From Desulfovibrionales bacterium (lineage in GTDB: Bacteria; Desulfobacterota; Desulfovibrionia; Desulfovibrionales; JBKHAV01): a DNA stretch of 64,000 bases. Position 1 is the stretch's first letter, and every line of letters begins with the position of its first letter. The stretch lies in the NCBI GenBank assembly GCA_046542715.1, contig JBKHAV010000001.1:36684-100683 (forward strand). Reading direction: 5' to 3'. This document shows, piece after piece, positions 36,867 through 46,961 of this stretch. A program made the translations under genes and the position numbers. The notes beneath the pieces are model-generated. The model searched no databases. It saw only the letters and a program-made list of their open reading frames with translations, and was not told the origin of the DNA.

Positions 36867-37222
36867 ATCTCCTTCGCTCTGCGCGTGCAATGCACTTCTC
36901 ACGTTGCAGGGCGCTGCTGCCTTGTTCAAGAGCCAAAACAGCGGCATGTCCCTTAAAGGGATGAAATGGTGGGATCGGTCGCTGAAGATCAAAGGCTGAG
37001 AACTCGGCAATTGAACACAGCCGGCAGAAAGGCAAAACGATCCAGGAGAACCCGCAAGACCCGTTTCCACGGCACCGGTCATGATTTCAGCAACGCAACA
37101 CGTCGTCCAAGAATGAGTCCTGCAGGCCTATGGTGATGAGAGCCTCCGGCATTTGCTGGAGATTTCAACGAGCAAATCGTTTTCAACCCTGAACCGCTCT
37201 TCCCGCGGTCGGATCGATCAGC

Positions 37223-37246
37223 GGCGGGCCGAACCTTCGGCCCGCC
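37223..37246. other. GC-rich palindromic stem-loop downstream of the MTH1187-like gene
   Basis: GGCGGGCCG-aacctt-CGGCCCGCC. There is no flanking U-tract. Confidence 0.5.
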
Positions 37247-37287
37247 TTGGAAAGCACAGGGTGCACACCTCTGCCCAGACAGCGGGG

Positions 37288-37605
37288 TTACGATTCCTTG
37301 GGCGGAACCCAGTCCTGGCGCTTTTCCACGGACGCGACCTTTTCCTCCAACCGTGGTTCATCCCCTTTCCTGGCATCAACCTTCAAGGTCATATATACCC
37401 GGTCGCAGTCACGTTGCATGTCGTTGAGGCAGCGGGAAACCACATTCATAACCTGATCCCAATCCCCTTCCATACTCGTTCCCATGGGCCCGACCTTGTA
37501 CTTGACCCCGCTGGAGGTGATCAGTTCCACGGATCTGGCCACGTACTTGCTCACGCTCATCCCCTTGTCCATGGGAAAGATGGAAAGATCGACAATAACA
37601 CTCAT
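37288..37605 (-). CDS. MTH1187/YkoF-family (UPF0045) thiamine-binding-like protein
   Basis: 105 aa. The pattern MSVIVDLSIFPMDKGMSVSKYVARSVELI...GPMGTSMEGDWDQV is typical of the family. Confidence 0.7.
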   Translation of the reverse strand: MSVIVDLSIFPMDKGMSVSKYVARSVELITSSGVKYKVGPMGTSMEGDWDQVMNVVSRCLNDMQRDCDRVYMTLKVDARKGDEPRLEEKVASVEKRQDWVPPKES

Positions 37606-37628
37606 CGTTTACTCCTTGGTTTTGTCCC

Positions 37629-37656
37629 ATACTACCTTTTGACAGGTGAAATGCAA
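37629..37656 (-). promoter_or_regulatory. Putative sigma70 promoter of the MTH1187-like gene
   Basis: The minus strand reads TTGCAT, 16 nt, then TAGTAT, about 20 nt upstream of the AAGGAG RBS. Confidence 0.5.
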
Positions 37657-37702
37657 AACCAAAATGAAATCAAAACAGCGTTTCCCATGCACCATTCCCA
37701 CT

Positions 37703-37733
37703 AAAAAAGCCCGGAGATCTTCCGGGCTTTTTC
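37703..37733 (-). terminator. Rho-independent terminator of secA
   Basis: The minus strand reads GCCCGGA-agatc-TCCGGGC followed by TTTTTT. Confidence 0.8.
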
Positions 37734-37735
37734 AA

Positions 37736-37811
37736 CGATTCAAAATTCGTTGATTCGTTGATTCGTCAATCCCCCAATTCGGAATTCGCCAATTCACAAC
37801 TCCCCAATTCC
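37736..37811. repeat. Low-complexity GAAT/CAATTC periodic array (family member B) in the secA 3' UTR
   Basis: Sequence cgattcaaaattcgttgattcgttgattcgtcaatcccccaattcggaattcgccaattcacaactccccaattcc directly abuts the secA stop (37812-37814). Confidence 0.7.
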
Positions 37812-40316
37812 TCAATTCCCACAACATTTCTTATGCTTTTTCCCTGAGCCGCAGGGGCAGGGTTCGTTGCGTCCCACCTTGGGGGCGGCTCTCTTGACGG
37901 TCTTGGGTGCCGACGCTTCCGCACTTGCCGAATAGTTGAGCTGTTTGGGCTGATCGTCGTGCTTGAATTCCTCTTCCTCCACCTTCTGGAGTTTCAACCG
38001 GGACAGGGAGCGCAGCGTGTTTTCCTTGATTCTAAAGAGCATGTCCTGGAAAAGTTCGAACCCCTCGCGCTTGTACTCCTGCTTGGGATCCTTTTGCCCG
38101 TACCCCCGCAGCCCGATGCCCTCTTTGAGGTGGTCCATGTTCAGCAGGTGTTCCTTCCAGTTGCGGTCCAGGCTTTCCAGCATGAAAAACCGCAAAATCT
38201 CCGGGTAATGGTCCTGGCTTTCGGATTTGAGGCGGGACAGCGTGGCCTTGATCCGCTCCTGCGCTTCCTCCCGATCCGGCAGGGGGTCGTCCCCATCCTG
38301 GGAAAATCCAAAAGCGAATATTTCGTCGAGCTTGCTCTTGACCATATCTGTCATTTCCGGATCGACTTTGCCCTTGCCGTCTTCGATCGGGGCATAGACC
38401 TCGTCCAGGAGATCGCCGACAAATTCGAGCACCAGATCCTCGAGATTGTCAGATCCCATGACCTCCCGCCGCTGGGAGTAGATGACAGTACGCTGCTGAT
38501 TCATGACGTCGTCATACTCGAGCAGCTGTTTTCTGATTTCGAAGTTGTGTCCTTCCACCCGGCGCTGGGCGTTTTCAATGGCCCGGGAAACCATCTTGTT
38601 TTCAATGGCCTGACCTTCCTCCATGCCCAGTTTTTCCATGAGCCCTGACATACGGTCCGAACCGAAGAGGCGGAGCAGATCGTCATCCATGGCCAGGTAG
38701 AACCGCGAACTCCCCGGATCCCCCTGGCGGCCGGACCGGCCCCGGAGCTGATTGTCGATGCGCCGACTCTCGTGCCGCTCCGTGCCCAGAATATGCAGCC
38801 CCCCTGCCTCCCGCACGCCGTCGCCGAGCACGATGTCCGTACCCCGGCCGGCCATGTTCGTGGCGATGGTCACTTTGCCCTTTTTCCCGGCATCTGCCAC
38901 GATTTCAGCCTCTCGCTCATGGTGCTTGGCGTTGAGCACGTCGTGGGGAACCTTGAGCTTTTTGAGATGCCTGGAGATGAGTTCGGACTTGTCGATGGAG
39001 GTGGTTCCGACCAGAACCGGCTGCCCTTTTTTGTGCAACTCGGTGATGTCCTGGCTGATGGACTCATATTTTTCAGCCTGGGTTCGAAACACGAGATCCG
39101 GATAGTCCTGCCGAATCATGGTCTTGTGCGTGGGGATCACCAGGACGTCGAGATCGTAGATCTGCTTGAATTCCACCGACTCCGTATCAGCGGTACCGGT
39201 CATGCCGGCGAGTTTTTCGTACATGCGAAAATAGTTCTGAAAGGTGATGGAGGCCAGAGTCTGGTTTTCCGCCTCCACCTTGACCCCCTCCTTCGCCTCC
39301 AGGGCCTGGTGCAGACCGTCTGAATACCGCCGTCCCGGCATGAGCCGGCCCGTGAACTCATCCACGATGACCACCTGACCTTCCGTGACGATGTAGTCCA
39401 CATCCACATTGAACAGCTGATGCGCCTTGAGGGCCTGCAGGATATGGTGCTGGACCGTGATATTGCGCGGGTCGAAAAGGTTGTCCACGCCCAGAATTTC
39501 CTCGCACCGGACCACACCGTCGTCGGTCAGGGCCACGGCCTTGGCCTTTTCGTCTACTGTGAAGTCCCGCTCCTTTTTCAAACGGGGGATGATGGAGTTG
39601 ATCTGCACGTAAAGCGACGTGGATTTTTCCCCGGGTCCGGAAATGATAAGTGGCGTTCGAGCTTCGTCGATAAGAATGGAGTCCACTTCGTCCACTATGG
39701 CGAAGTGAAGATCGCGCTGTACGAGCTGCTCGATATAAAATTTCATGTTGTCCCGGAGATAATCGAACCCGAACTCGTTGTTCGTTCCGTAGGTAACGTC
39801 CGAACGGTACGCCTCCTGCCGCTGCTTGTCGTTCAGCCCGTGGACGATCGTGCCCACGGAAAGCCCCAGAAATTGATACAACTGGCCCATCCATTCGGCA
39901 TCTCGACGGGCCAGATAATCGTTGACCGTAATCAGGTGCACCCCTTTGCCGGTCAAGGCATTGAGGACCACGGGCAGGGTGGCCACCAGGGTTTTCCCCT
40001 CGCCGGTTTTCATTTCCGCGATCTTGCCCTGGTGCAGGACCATGCCGCCGATGAGCTGAACGTCGAAATGGCGCATCTGCAACCGGCGCAGGGACGCCTC
40101 CCGAACCAGGGCAAAAACCTCTGGTGCCAGTGAGTCCAGGTTGCGGCCATTGGCCACTTCCTGCTTCCATTGCACAATTTTCGAGGGAAACTCCTCGTCC
40201 TTCAACGCCTTCATCTGTGGTTCGAGGCCGTTGACCTGGTCCACAAAAGGTTGAATGGCCTTGATTTGCCGATCATTTTTCGATCCAAATATTTTTTTCG
40301 CCAGTGCGTTAATCAT
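37812..40316 (-). CDS. secA: Preprotein translocase ATPase SecA
   Basis: 834 aa. Walker [14 protein letters not shown]-like [11 protein letters not shown], and a C-terminal zinc finger [14 protein letters not shown]. Confidence 0.97.
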   Translation of the reverse strand: MINALAKKIFGSKNDRQIKAIQPFVDQVNGLEPQMKALKDEEFPSKIVQWKQEVANGRNLDSLAPEVFALVREASLRRLQMRHFDVQLIGGMVLHQGKIAEMKTGEGKTLVATLPVVLNALTGKGVHLITVNDYLARRDAEWMGQLYQFLGLSVGTIVHGLNDKQRQEAYRSDVTYGTNNEFGFDYLRDNMKFYIEQLVQRDLHFAIVDEVDSILIDEARTPLIISGPGEKSTSLYVQINSIIPRLKKERDFTVDEKAKAVALTDDGVVRCEEILGVDNLFDPRNITVQHHILQALKAHQLFNVDVDYIVTEGQVVIVDEFTGRLMPGRRYSDGLHQALEAKEGVKVEAENQTLASITFQNYFRMYEKLAGMTGTADTESVEFKQIYDLDVLVIPTHKTMIRQDYPDLVFRTQAEKYESISQDITELHKKGQPVLVGTTSIDKSELISRHLKKLKVPHDVLNAKHHEREAEIVADAGKKGKVTIATNMAGRGTDIVLGDGVREAGGLHILGTERHESRRIDNQLRGRSGRQGDPGSSRFYLAMDDDLLRLFGSDRMSGLMEKLGMEEGQAIENKMVSRAIENAQRRVEGHNFEIRKQLLEYDDVMNQQRTVIYSQRREVMGSDNLEDLVLEFVGDLLDEVYAPIEDGKGKVDPEMTDMVKSKLDEIFAFGFSQDGDDPLPDREEAQERIKATLSRLKSESQDHYPEILRFFMLESLDRNWKEHLLNMDHLKEGIGLRGYGQKDPKQEYKREGFELFQDMLFRIKENTLRSLSRLKLQKVEEEEFKHDDQPKQLNYSASAEASAPKTVKRAAPKVGRNEPCPCGSGKKHKKCCGN

Positions 40317-40422
40317 CCGCTTCCCGATGTTTTCGTTCTCGTCGCTTCACGTCCCCAGGAAGGAACAGTGAACAATCATTCCCGATGCGACTGCATACAG
40401 GTTTTCCCCCCCAATCGCCACA

Positions 40423-41520
40423 TCAAATAGACAGGCTCTCCAGCCAATGCCCCACACTGAACCCTTCCGGGGCATGCCTTTTGAGCTGCAGAACACAACC
40501 GCTGCATCCCGTGATCACGTGCGCCGGTGCCGGCAAGGGCAGGCAGTCCCAGAAACGGCCGGTGACCATGCGGCTGAGTCCAGGAGATAGAAGCTGCAAC
40601 TGCCCCCCGAACCCACAGCAGTGCGCGGTGGAACGTATTGGCCCCCAGCTTCCAGCATGCTCGAGCCAGTGCAGGGGCTCGATTTCATGACAGGACCGAT
40701 GGTATATGACCCCTTGAGAAGGGGCAAGGTTCACAGAAGACACCTGAGCCCCTTTCATCAGTGACCCCAAACTGTAGAGGGATGCATGCCACTGCTCCCG
40801 TTCACCTTGCTCCCAGGTAAGGTCCAGTTCGACATACTCCCCGAGCCCCTTCAGACACGTGGCGCAGAACAGGATTATTGGCTGACGCCCTGCATCCCGC
40901 CACAAGGCGATATTTTCTCTGGCGGCGTCCATCTGTTCCCCCAACAACCCGCTTCGTCCCATGGAAAAGCCGCAGCACTTCCATTTCAAAATCGTGGCGG
41001 TTACCCCCATTGCTTCCAAAAGACCACAGGCCGTATCGGTCCAACAGCCCATCACGTGGGAGGCCATACATCCCGGAAAGAGCATTGCCTGCGAAAACAA
41101 TGGCGGGTCCATGCCCCTGTCCAGATGCATAAGGGGGCGGAGCGGTTGGAAAAGATTTCGGCCACCGGACACCTGAAGCAGCAGGGACCACGCCGGGGCA
41201 GTTGCAAGCCCCATCTTCCACGCCCATTCCCTCCAGCCCGGACTTTTTGCCTTGACCGCAGCCAGAAGAGCCGGGACGTCCAGTCCCTGAGGGCAAACAG
41301 CTGAGCAGCGGCCGCAACCGACACACAAGGATGCAAGCTCCTGTACCCGTTTCAACGAGACCGATCCGGGTCGCTCCGCCAGAACTCTGGTGAGAAACCC
41401 CTTGGCCCTCGGGCTCAACTCCTCTTTGTTCGTCGCGGCGAACACCGGACAAGCCTCTAGACATCGACCGCAGAGAACACAGTCGTTTTTCAGGGTGGGA
41501 AAGCGGTTCGGTTGCACCAT
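40423..41520 (-). CDS. GlcF/HdrD-like Fe-S oxidoreductase subunit (two 4Fe-4S motifs plus two CCG domains)
   Basis: CVLCGRCLEACP, CVGCGRCSAVCP, and CCG motifs KCCGFSMG and HCCGFGGQ. Confidence 0.8.
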   Translation of the reverse strand: MVQPNRFPTLKNDCVLCGRCLEACPVFAATNKEELSPRAKGFLTRVLAERPGSVSLKRVQELASLCVGCGRCSAVCPQGLDVPALLAAVKAKSPGWREWAWKMGLATAPAWSLLLQVSGGRNLFQPLRPLMHLDRGMDPPLFSQAMLFPGCMASHVMGCWTDTACGLLEAMGVTATILKWKCCGFSMGRSGLLGEQMDAARENIALWRDAGRQPIILFCATCLKGLGEYVELDLTWEQGEREQWHASLYSLGSLMKGAQVSSVNLAPSQGVIYHRSCHEIEPLHWLEHAGSWGPIRSTAHCCGFGGQLQLLSPGLSRMVTGRFWDCLPLPAPAHVITGCSGCVLQLKRHAPEGFSVGHWLESLSI

Positions 41521-41734
41521 CAGAAGAAGAGCCGTGCTCCGTATTTCGTTGGGCCCCCTGCCGGACAGGCCCGGTCAAATCGAGACAAACCCATGTAACC
41601 ACACCTGGGACCGCTGTCCAGAGACTCCCCCTCAGGCAGCCCGGAGTCTTCCCGACCGAATTTGAAGGACTTGAAACCAAATCGATTCATACCTAGATAG
41701 TTGGGAGATGGAGTGACGAAAACGAGGAGAGAGT

Positions 41735-42352
41735 ATGCCGGGCGCACGCATCATACACATAGACCAGCCCCGGACCACCAAACAGCAGCTCTTTGCCGCG
41801 GTGGGACGTCTCCTTGCGGCAAAAGGGTTCCGGAACATCGCCATAGAGGATATCGTCTTTGAATCAGGCGTGGACAGAGCGGTCATCTTCCGCGCCTTTG
41901 GCGGCCTGGAGGGGCTGGTGGCCGCCTTTGGTCGATCAGAAGGGTTCTGGCCCGACAGTGGCGAACTCCTTCCCAAAGGGCCGGAGGAACTCCAAGGGAT
42001 GGAGCCCAAGGAGCAGATCGGCCTCTGCTTCAAGAGACTTCTCAAGGCGCTGTTGCGAAGACCCCAGACCCTGGACATCCTGGCCTGGGAAGTTCTTGAA
42101 CGCACCCCTCTTTCCAGGCGGTTGGAAGAGGTCCGGGTCAGGACCTCGCTTGAATTTTTCGAACACCTTCAAGGGGATATCCCTGACGATGTCGATCTTT
42201 CGGCCGTGGTCCTGGTCCTTGCCGCAGCCGTCATGCACCTGGCGATAAGCTCGCGTGTCCGCAGGACTCTGGGCGGGGTGGACCTTCAATCCGGGGAAGG
42301 ATGGCAGCGGATCGACGAGGCCATCGACCTTCTCGTATCAGGGATCTTCTGA
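41735..42352 (+). CDS. TetR/AcrR-family transcriptional regulator
   Basis: N-terminal HTH QLFAAVGRLLAAKGFRNIAIEDIVFESGVDRAVIFRAFGG, with a GAGGAG RBS. Confidence 0.8.
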   Translation: MPGARIIHIDQPRTTKQQLFAAVGRLLAAKGFRNIAIEDIVFESGVDRAVIFRAFGGLEGLVAAFGRSEGFWPDSGELLPKGPEELQGMEPKEQIGLCFKRLLKALLRRPQTLDILAWEVLERTPLSRRLEEVRVRTSLEFFEHLQGDIPDDVDLSAVVLVLAAAVMHLAISSRVRRTLGGVDLQSGEGWQRIDEAIDLLVSGIF

Positions 42353-42507
42353 TCCGGCATCCGCAGGCACTCCCCGCTTCCAGACCCGGACTTTACCAGG
42401 ATGCCGGACTTTTCTCACAGTTCCCCCAGTCCTCCCTTGATTCCCTTCAAAAATTCATGAAGAGTTTTTCTTCTGTCTAACCATCACGGTGAACAAGGAG
42501 GTAAGAA

Positions 42508-42990
42508 ATGGAACTCAAGGTGGTCCCCATTGAAAACCCTGATTCCCTGAACCTGATTCTCGGACATTCCCACTTCATCAAAACCGTGGAGGACATCCAC
42601 GAGGCCATGGTCAATACCGTCCCCTCTGCCGCGTTCGGCTTGGCATTTTGTGAAGCATCGGAAAAACGGCTGGTTCGGTGGTCGGGGACTGATGAGGGGT
42701 TGATCGACCTTGCCCGGATAAACGCTCTAGCGCTTTCCGCCGGGCACACGTTTATCCTCTTCATGAAGGACATGTTTCCCATCAATGTCCTGAATGCGAT
42801 CAAACGTGTTCCAGAGGTGGCGAGAATCCATTGCGCCACAGCCAATCCCCTGCAGGTCATCATTGCAGAGACTGAACAGGGCCGGGGCATTCTGGGCGTG
42901 ATCGACGGTTTTGCCTCAGCCGGCGTCGAAACCGAGGAGGACATCGCCGACCGCAAAAGATTTTTGCGCACCATCGGGTACAAGCTCTAA
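42508..42990 (+). CDS. Adenosine-specific kinase family protein (PF04008-like)
   Basis: 160 aa. HFIKTVEDIHEAMV...FPINVLNAIKRVPEV..HCATANPLQVIIAETEQGRGILGVIDG closely matches the family as I remember it. Confidence 0.6.
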   Translation: MELKVVPIENPDSLNLILGHSHFIKTVEDIHEAMVNTVPSAAFGLAFCEASEKRLVRWSGTDEGLIDLARINALALSAGHTFILFMKDMFPINVLNAIKRVPEVARIHCATANPLQVIIAETEQGRGILGVIDGFASAGVETEEDIADRKRFLRTIGYKL

Positions 42991-43137
42991 ATTACGAGCA
43001 GGGACCAAAGGCAGGACATTTCAGGTTCACAGGTGACCGTGTATGCATCTCGCCCGAATTTCTGTTATGGTGAGGTATTTCGTCCTTGGGGATAGACTGT
43101 CCCTGGGGTTCTCACACTGTAAAACGAGGAGCACAAC

Positions 43138-43389
43138 ATGGGAATTCTTGCATGGATCATCTTCGGCCTGATTGCCGGGGTTATTGCCAAACTCATCATG
43201 CCGGGCAAGGACCCCGGGGGATTTATCGTCACCATCTTGATCGGTATTGCCGGTGCGCTTGTGGGCGGATTCATCGCCTCGCTGCTTGGAATCGGCGATG
43301 TTTCCGGGTTCAACTTCGGCAGCTTTGTCATTGCCATCCTCGGGGCGATTCTGCTCCTTTGGATCTACCGCATGGTCAAAAGCAGATGA
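43138..43389 (+). CDS. GlsB/YeaQ/YmgE-family stress membrane protein
   Basis: 83 aa, MGILAWIIFGLIAGVIAKLIMPGKDPGGFIVTILIGIAGALVGGF. Confidence 0.85.
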   Translation: MGILAWIIFGLIAGVIAKLIMPGKDPGGFIVTILIGIAGALVGGFIASLLGIGDVSGFNFGSFVIAILGAILLLWIYRMVKSR

Positions 43390-43461
43390 ACCCAAAGCGG
43401 GGAGTCGAAAAACACCGGCCATTGTGTGATTTCACCCCCAAGACGAATCCGCGGATTTCTT

Positions 43462-43490
43462 GAACAACACCCCTCAGGGGTGTTGTTTTT
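43462..43490 (+). terminator. Rho-independent terminator
   Basis: AACAACACCCC-tca-GGGGTGTTGTT followed by TTT. Confidence 0.75.
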
Positions 43491-43617
43491 GAGAGCCGCA
43501 GCAACGACCGACTGCACAACAACTTCCAGCCTGCATCCCCTGGACTCCTGCTTGATCGGTCCGTGAAACACTGGTACTGCGCCTCTTGTTCCAAGATCCT
43601 AAAAAAATGAGTTCAAA

Positions 43618-44235
43618 ATGAAAGCGCATTTCCAGAGAATTGTTGCCGTCTGGCTGTTTTTCGCCGTCGTTGTGGCGGCCTTTGCCCTCTCAGGCATCAA
43701 GATGGCCCATATTTCACGCGATCCGCAGCAATTGGCCGATTTTCCCCTCTACTATGGATTGCTCTCCAATATGGGGATTTTGGTCTGGGCCGCCGGCGCT
43801 TTTGTCCCGCTTTTTGCGGCAACACTCCTGAAACGAGGTTTTGAACGGTCCCTGTTTTTCTGGATCGGCGTACTGACGTTTCTTCTCCTTGCTGATGATT
43901 TCTTTCTCCTGCACGATGCAGTCTTTCCAAACGTTTTTCACCTTCCTGAAATCCTTGTGTACCTGGTCTACGCTGCCGCATTCGTGCTCTTCTTTCTCAA
44001 ATATTGGAAATTTCTCGTTCATAACACCCCGATTCGCCTCTTGTATCTGGCTTTTTTTCTTCTCGGGGTCGCTGTCCTCATCGATATGGACTTCCTCCCC
44101 GGCGGTATCGACGTCGAAGACAGCTTCAAGCTGTACGGGATGGTCGTCTACTCCTACTACTGGATCGTTTCGGCCCGGGGGATGATTCTCCGGTCCTTCA
44201 CCTCCGCGTCTCCGCCCTGCTCTGAACCCTCCTGA
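43618..44235 (+). CDS. Polytopic membrane protein, unknown function
   Basis: 205 aa with about six hydrophobic segments. GC content appears lower than in the neighbours. Confidence 0.6.
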   Translation: MKAHFQRIVAVWLFFAVVVAAFALSGIKMAHISRDPQQLADFPLYYGLLSNMGILVWAAGAFVPLFAATLLKRGFERSLFFWIGVLTFLLLADDFFLLHDAVFPNVFHLPEILVYLVYAAAFVLFFLKYWKFLVHNTPIRLLYLAFFLLGVAVLIDMDFLPGGIDVEDSFKLYGMVVYSYYWIVSARGMILRSFTSASPPCSEPS

Positions 44236-44322
44236 TCTCCAGTCTGCGGTTTGGGATCGATTGAATATCAGGCGCGAACTGGGCTATACTCCTTTTACGA
44301 TGTGATGCAAAAGGAGGATCCC

Positions 44323-44727
44323 ATGCGATACGAGAATTTTCTCGAAAAGGTGCAGGAACGCACCGAACTTGCCCCGGACCAGGCCGAAACAGTTGTCAGG
44401 GCAACGCTTGAAACCCTTGGTGAGCGGCTTCATTCCACAGAGCGCGACCTGCTCGGAGCCCAGCTTCCCAAAGAAATGCAGGGGATGCTCGCCCGTCGGA
44501 AACAGACGGACCGCTACAATCTTGAGGAGTTCTACAATCGTGTCAGCGCCCGGGCTGATCTTGGATATCCCGATGCCGTAAACTCTGCCCGGGCTGTTGC
44601 CATGGTTTTGCAGGAGGCGGTCTCTGAAGGCGAAATACGCAACATGCTCTCCAGACTTCCGGCCGAGTACGAGGAACTCTTCGGCAGAGCATTTCAGGAG
44701 ACTCTCTCTCCCTCCAGCGAATACTGA
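44323..44727 (+). CDS. DUF2267 domain protein
   Basis: AAGGAGG RBS. YENFLEKVQERTELAPDQAETVVRATLETLGERL...EEFYNRV matches the tandem DUF2267 pattern. Confidence 0.7.
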   Translation: MRYENFLEKVQERTELAPDQAETVVRATLETLGERLHSTERDLLGAQLPKEMQGMLARRKQTDRYNLEEFYNRVSARADLGYPDAVNSARAVAMVLQEAVSEGEIRNMLSRLPAEYEELFGRAFQETLSPSSEY

Positions 44728-44907
44728 CTGGAAACCCGGGAAACCGAGGAGAAGTCTGCCAGAGCTTCTTCTGCTCTTCACCCGGTCTTCTGAATGTCTC
44801 CCGGAGCCCCGGCGATTTCTCCACCCACTTTCTTTCCTCCCCATATGTGGTAGACTGCTGTAAAAAATGGCTGAATTACCGCTGAAGATGCCAACGCGGG
44901 AGGGATT

Positions 44908-45132
44908 ATGCAACGCATTACGGTTTATCTCCTCGGAGTGATCACGGCTGTCGGGATCATGCTGCTCATGGGCGCAGCTCCCCAGGGGCTCGTAAACAAG
45001 TACCAGCTGGCCCAGGACAAGGACACTGCCTTTGTTCTGGACACCACTTCCGGAGTGGTCAAGATGGTCTGGCAGAGGGATGCCGGGGCGCAGCTGGGTG
45101 TTCCCTTTGAAGAAATGGAAAACCAGCCCTGA
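44908..45132 (+). CDS. Small membrane-anchored hypothetical protein
   Basis: 74 aa with one N-terminal TM and a GGGAGGG RBS. Confidence 0.5.
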   Translation: MQRITVYLLGVITAVGIMLLMGAAPQGLVNKYQLAQDKDTAFVLDTTSGVVKMVWQRDAGAQLGVPFEEMENQP

Positions 45133-45172
45133 TAGCGATGAGCCATACCGTCTCTGAGAACAGGAAAGAACC

Positions 45173-45775
45173 ATGAATTCGATCCAGGACGTTCTCCTGA
45201 TCTTTCTGCTCGCACTTCCCCTTGTCCTGCTCATCATTCGAGCGAACATCCGGCCTATGGACCGGTTGCGGCATCTCTTCTCCCATCCAAGGGATTTTTG
45301 CGGTGAATCCGGGATGCGCACCGTGATGGGAGACTGGAACGGAGTGACGGTCAAGCTGACAATGAGTTCCATGCCGCCCCGTTTTTTTTCCCTCACGTAT
45401 TTCAAAGGGATCGGCGTTACGCCTGAAGGTAAGGGCGGCGGGAAAGGACTGCGTATCCGCAAGCGCGACATGCACCAGCTTCTTGCCGGAACCGGAGAAC
45501 AGACGAAGACGACCACCTGGGACGAGCTGCGAGCAAAAGTTCAAACGATCTATGACCACACCGGTTTTGACGAATTGCTTCTGAAACCGGACCGCATAGT
45601 CCTCAGGGTGGAAGATCATCGCTCCCGGGTTTTCAAGCGCGACCGCACCAGGCGCTGGACCCGGAAAACGTTGGAGCTGTTGACGGAATTGACAAGTACC
45701 TCCTCCCAGGTCACTCCCGAAAAGACGCTTCACCCATCCCCGAACGTTCAGACACTGGAAAGGAGAAGATTATGA
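45173..45775 (+). CDS. Membrane-anchored hypothetical protein
   Basis: 200 aa with one N-terminal TM. I recognise no motif. Confidence 0.5.
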   Translation: MNSIQDVLLIFLLALPLVLLIIRANIRPMDRLRHLFSHPRDFCGESGMRTVMGDWNGVTVKLTMSSMPPRFFSLTYFKGIGVTPEGKGGGKGLRIRKRDMHQLLAGTGEQTKTTTWDELRAKVQTIYDHTGFDELLLKPDRIVLRVEDHRSRVFKRDRTRRWTRKTLELLTELTSTSSQVTPEKTLHPSPNVQTLERRRL

Positions 45776-45906
45776 CTCTTCATCTCGATCTGCAGCCGCT
45801 GCTCGCTCTGGTCACCGGCATCCTCATCCTTGTCGTTCCCAGACTGCTCAACTACATCATTGCATCTTATCTCATTGTCGTCGGGATCCTGGGCCTGATT
45901 CGGTGA
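45772..45906 (+). CDS. DUF3096-like 44-aa membrane protein (absent from the supplied ORF track)
   Basis: An ATG follows GGAAAGGAG and overlaps the upstream stop (ATGA). MTLHLDLQPLLALVTGILILVVPRLLNYIIASYLIVVGILGLIR fits the DUF3096 pattern. Confidence 0.55.
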   Translation: MTLHLDLQPLLALVTGILILVVPRLLNYIIASYLIVVGILGLIR

Positions 45907-45992
45907 TGGCTTTTCGAATTTGAGTGTTGCCCAAACACCGTGGGGTCGTGGTATCGTAATTGCCTGTCCCAACGATTTGCAAAGGAGGATCC

Positions 45993-46151
45993 ATGAATCA
46001 CTGCATCCGTCTCCTGATTGCCTGCATCATTCTTTTCAGTCTTGCCGCCTGCGGGGAGGAAGAACAACTTCCAAGCGAGCACCTGACCAACCAGTCCATT
46101 GAGCAGGGTCTGGACAGAAACGAAACCGAGGACCAGGCGCCACAACAATAG
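45993..46151 (+). CDS. Small acidic lipoprotein
   Basis: AAAGGAGG RBS. Signal peptide with lipobox MNHCIRLLIACIILFSLAAC. Confidence 0.55.
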   Translation: MNHCIRLLIACIILFSLAACGEEEQLPSEHLTNQSIEQGLDRNETEDQAPQQ

Positions 46152-46425
46152 CAAATGCCGGACCCGGGATGCTCAAACCCTCCCTTGCCGGGCTTTCCCG
46201 GGTCATGGTAACAGTCTGTTGAAAAGTTCTTTCAGCAGGCCGTTCAAAAACCACGCTGACAAGGCGCGAAAAAAGTCCAAGACCGAAGAGTATCTATCAT
46301 ACGTGAGGGTTTGGGCTTTTTGAAGCAACGCAGTCAGCGGGGATTTTTCAACGGCCTGGTAAGGGAGGGCTCCATCCGACCGACCACCTGGTCCACCGAA
46401 AAACTCAGAGCAAAAGGGCTTTTCA

Positions 46426-46824
46426 TTGCATACCCCCGGCAACACCCATAGCATTCTGTTTGGCTACATCCTCTGGATTTTCGGGTTCACCGGCGCGCAC
46501 CGGTTCTATTACGGCAAGCCACTGAGCGGGACCCTGTACTTCTTCACTCTGGGGCTGTTCCTTATCGGATGGCTCATCGACCTTTTCCTCATTCCCTCCA
46601 TGGACAGGGAGGCAGACCTTCGCTTTTCCAAGGGGAAAGTGGATTACAACATCGCTTGGATTCTGCTCACATTTCTGGGTCTCTTCGGCATCCACCGATT
46701 CTATATGGGCAAATGGGTGACCGCGATTTTGTATCTTCTGACCGGCGGACTGATCGGAGTGGGGGTGATCTACGATTTTTGGACTCTCAACGACCAGATC
46801 ACGATCATCAACAGAAAGGGCTGA
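46426..46824 (+). CDS. TM2-domain membrane protein (two TM2 repeats)
   Basis: GFTGAHRFYYGK and GLFGIHRFYMGKW motifs, with a TTG start. Confidence 0.75.
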   Translation: MHTPGNTHSILFGYILWIFGFTGAHRFYYGKPLSGTLYFFTLGLFLIGWLIDLFLIPSMDREADLRFSKGKVDYNIAWILLTFLGLFGIHRFYMGKWVTAILYLLTGGLIGVGVIYDFWTLNDQITIINRKG

Positions 46825-46961
46825 CCCTGCAGCCTCATCCGAGCCTGATCCCCGGGGATCGTGCCGATATCCCACCGAACAGCCTTGGAAATTGCAAATT
46901 CCAGGGAGTTACGTATATTCAAGATGAACGTTTCAGCAACGCGCATCAGAGTGGGGGCTTT

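Noticed and set aside
36793-37035. N-terminal extension of argJ to the ATG at 37035 (and similar ORF-track extensions of ilvN to 6055, rplS to 55421 and rimM to 57123)
   Set aside because: The family N-termini and RBS positions support the internal starts. The extensions have atypical composition and overlap upstream genes or regulatory sequence.
37606-37702. TPP riboswitch upstream of the MTH1187/YkoF-like gene
   Set aside because: The leader is only ~20-40 nt after a plausible sigma70 promoter. It lacks the conserved CUGAGA and ACCUGA TPP riboswitch cores.
44284-45516. 410-aa minus-strand ORF spanning several plus-strand island genes and their spacers
   Set aside because: It has an Arg/Ser/Gly-rich, motif-free composition. 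The plus-strand genes have good RBSs and recognisable families (DUF2267). It is probably a chance open frame.
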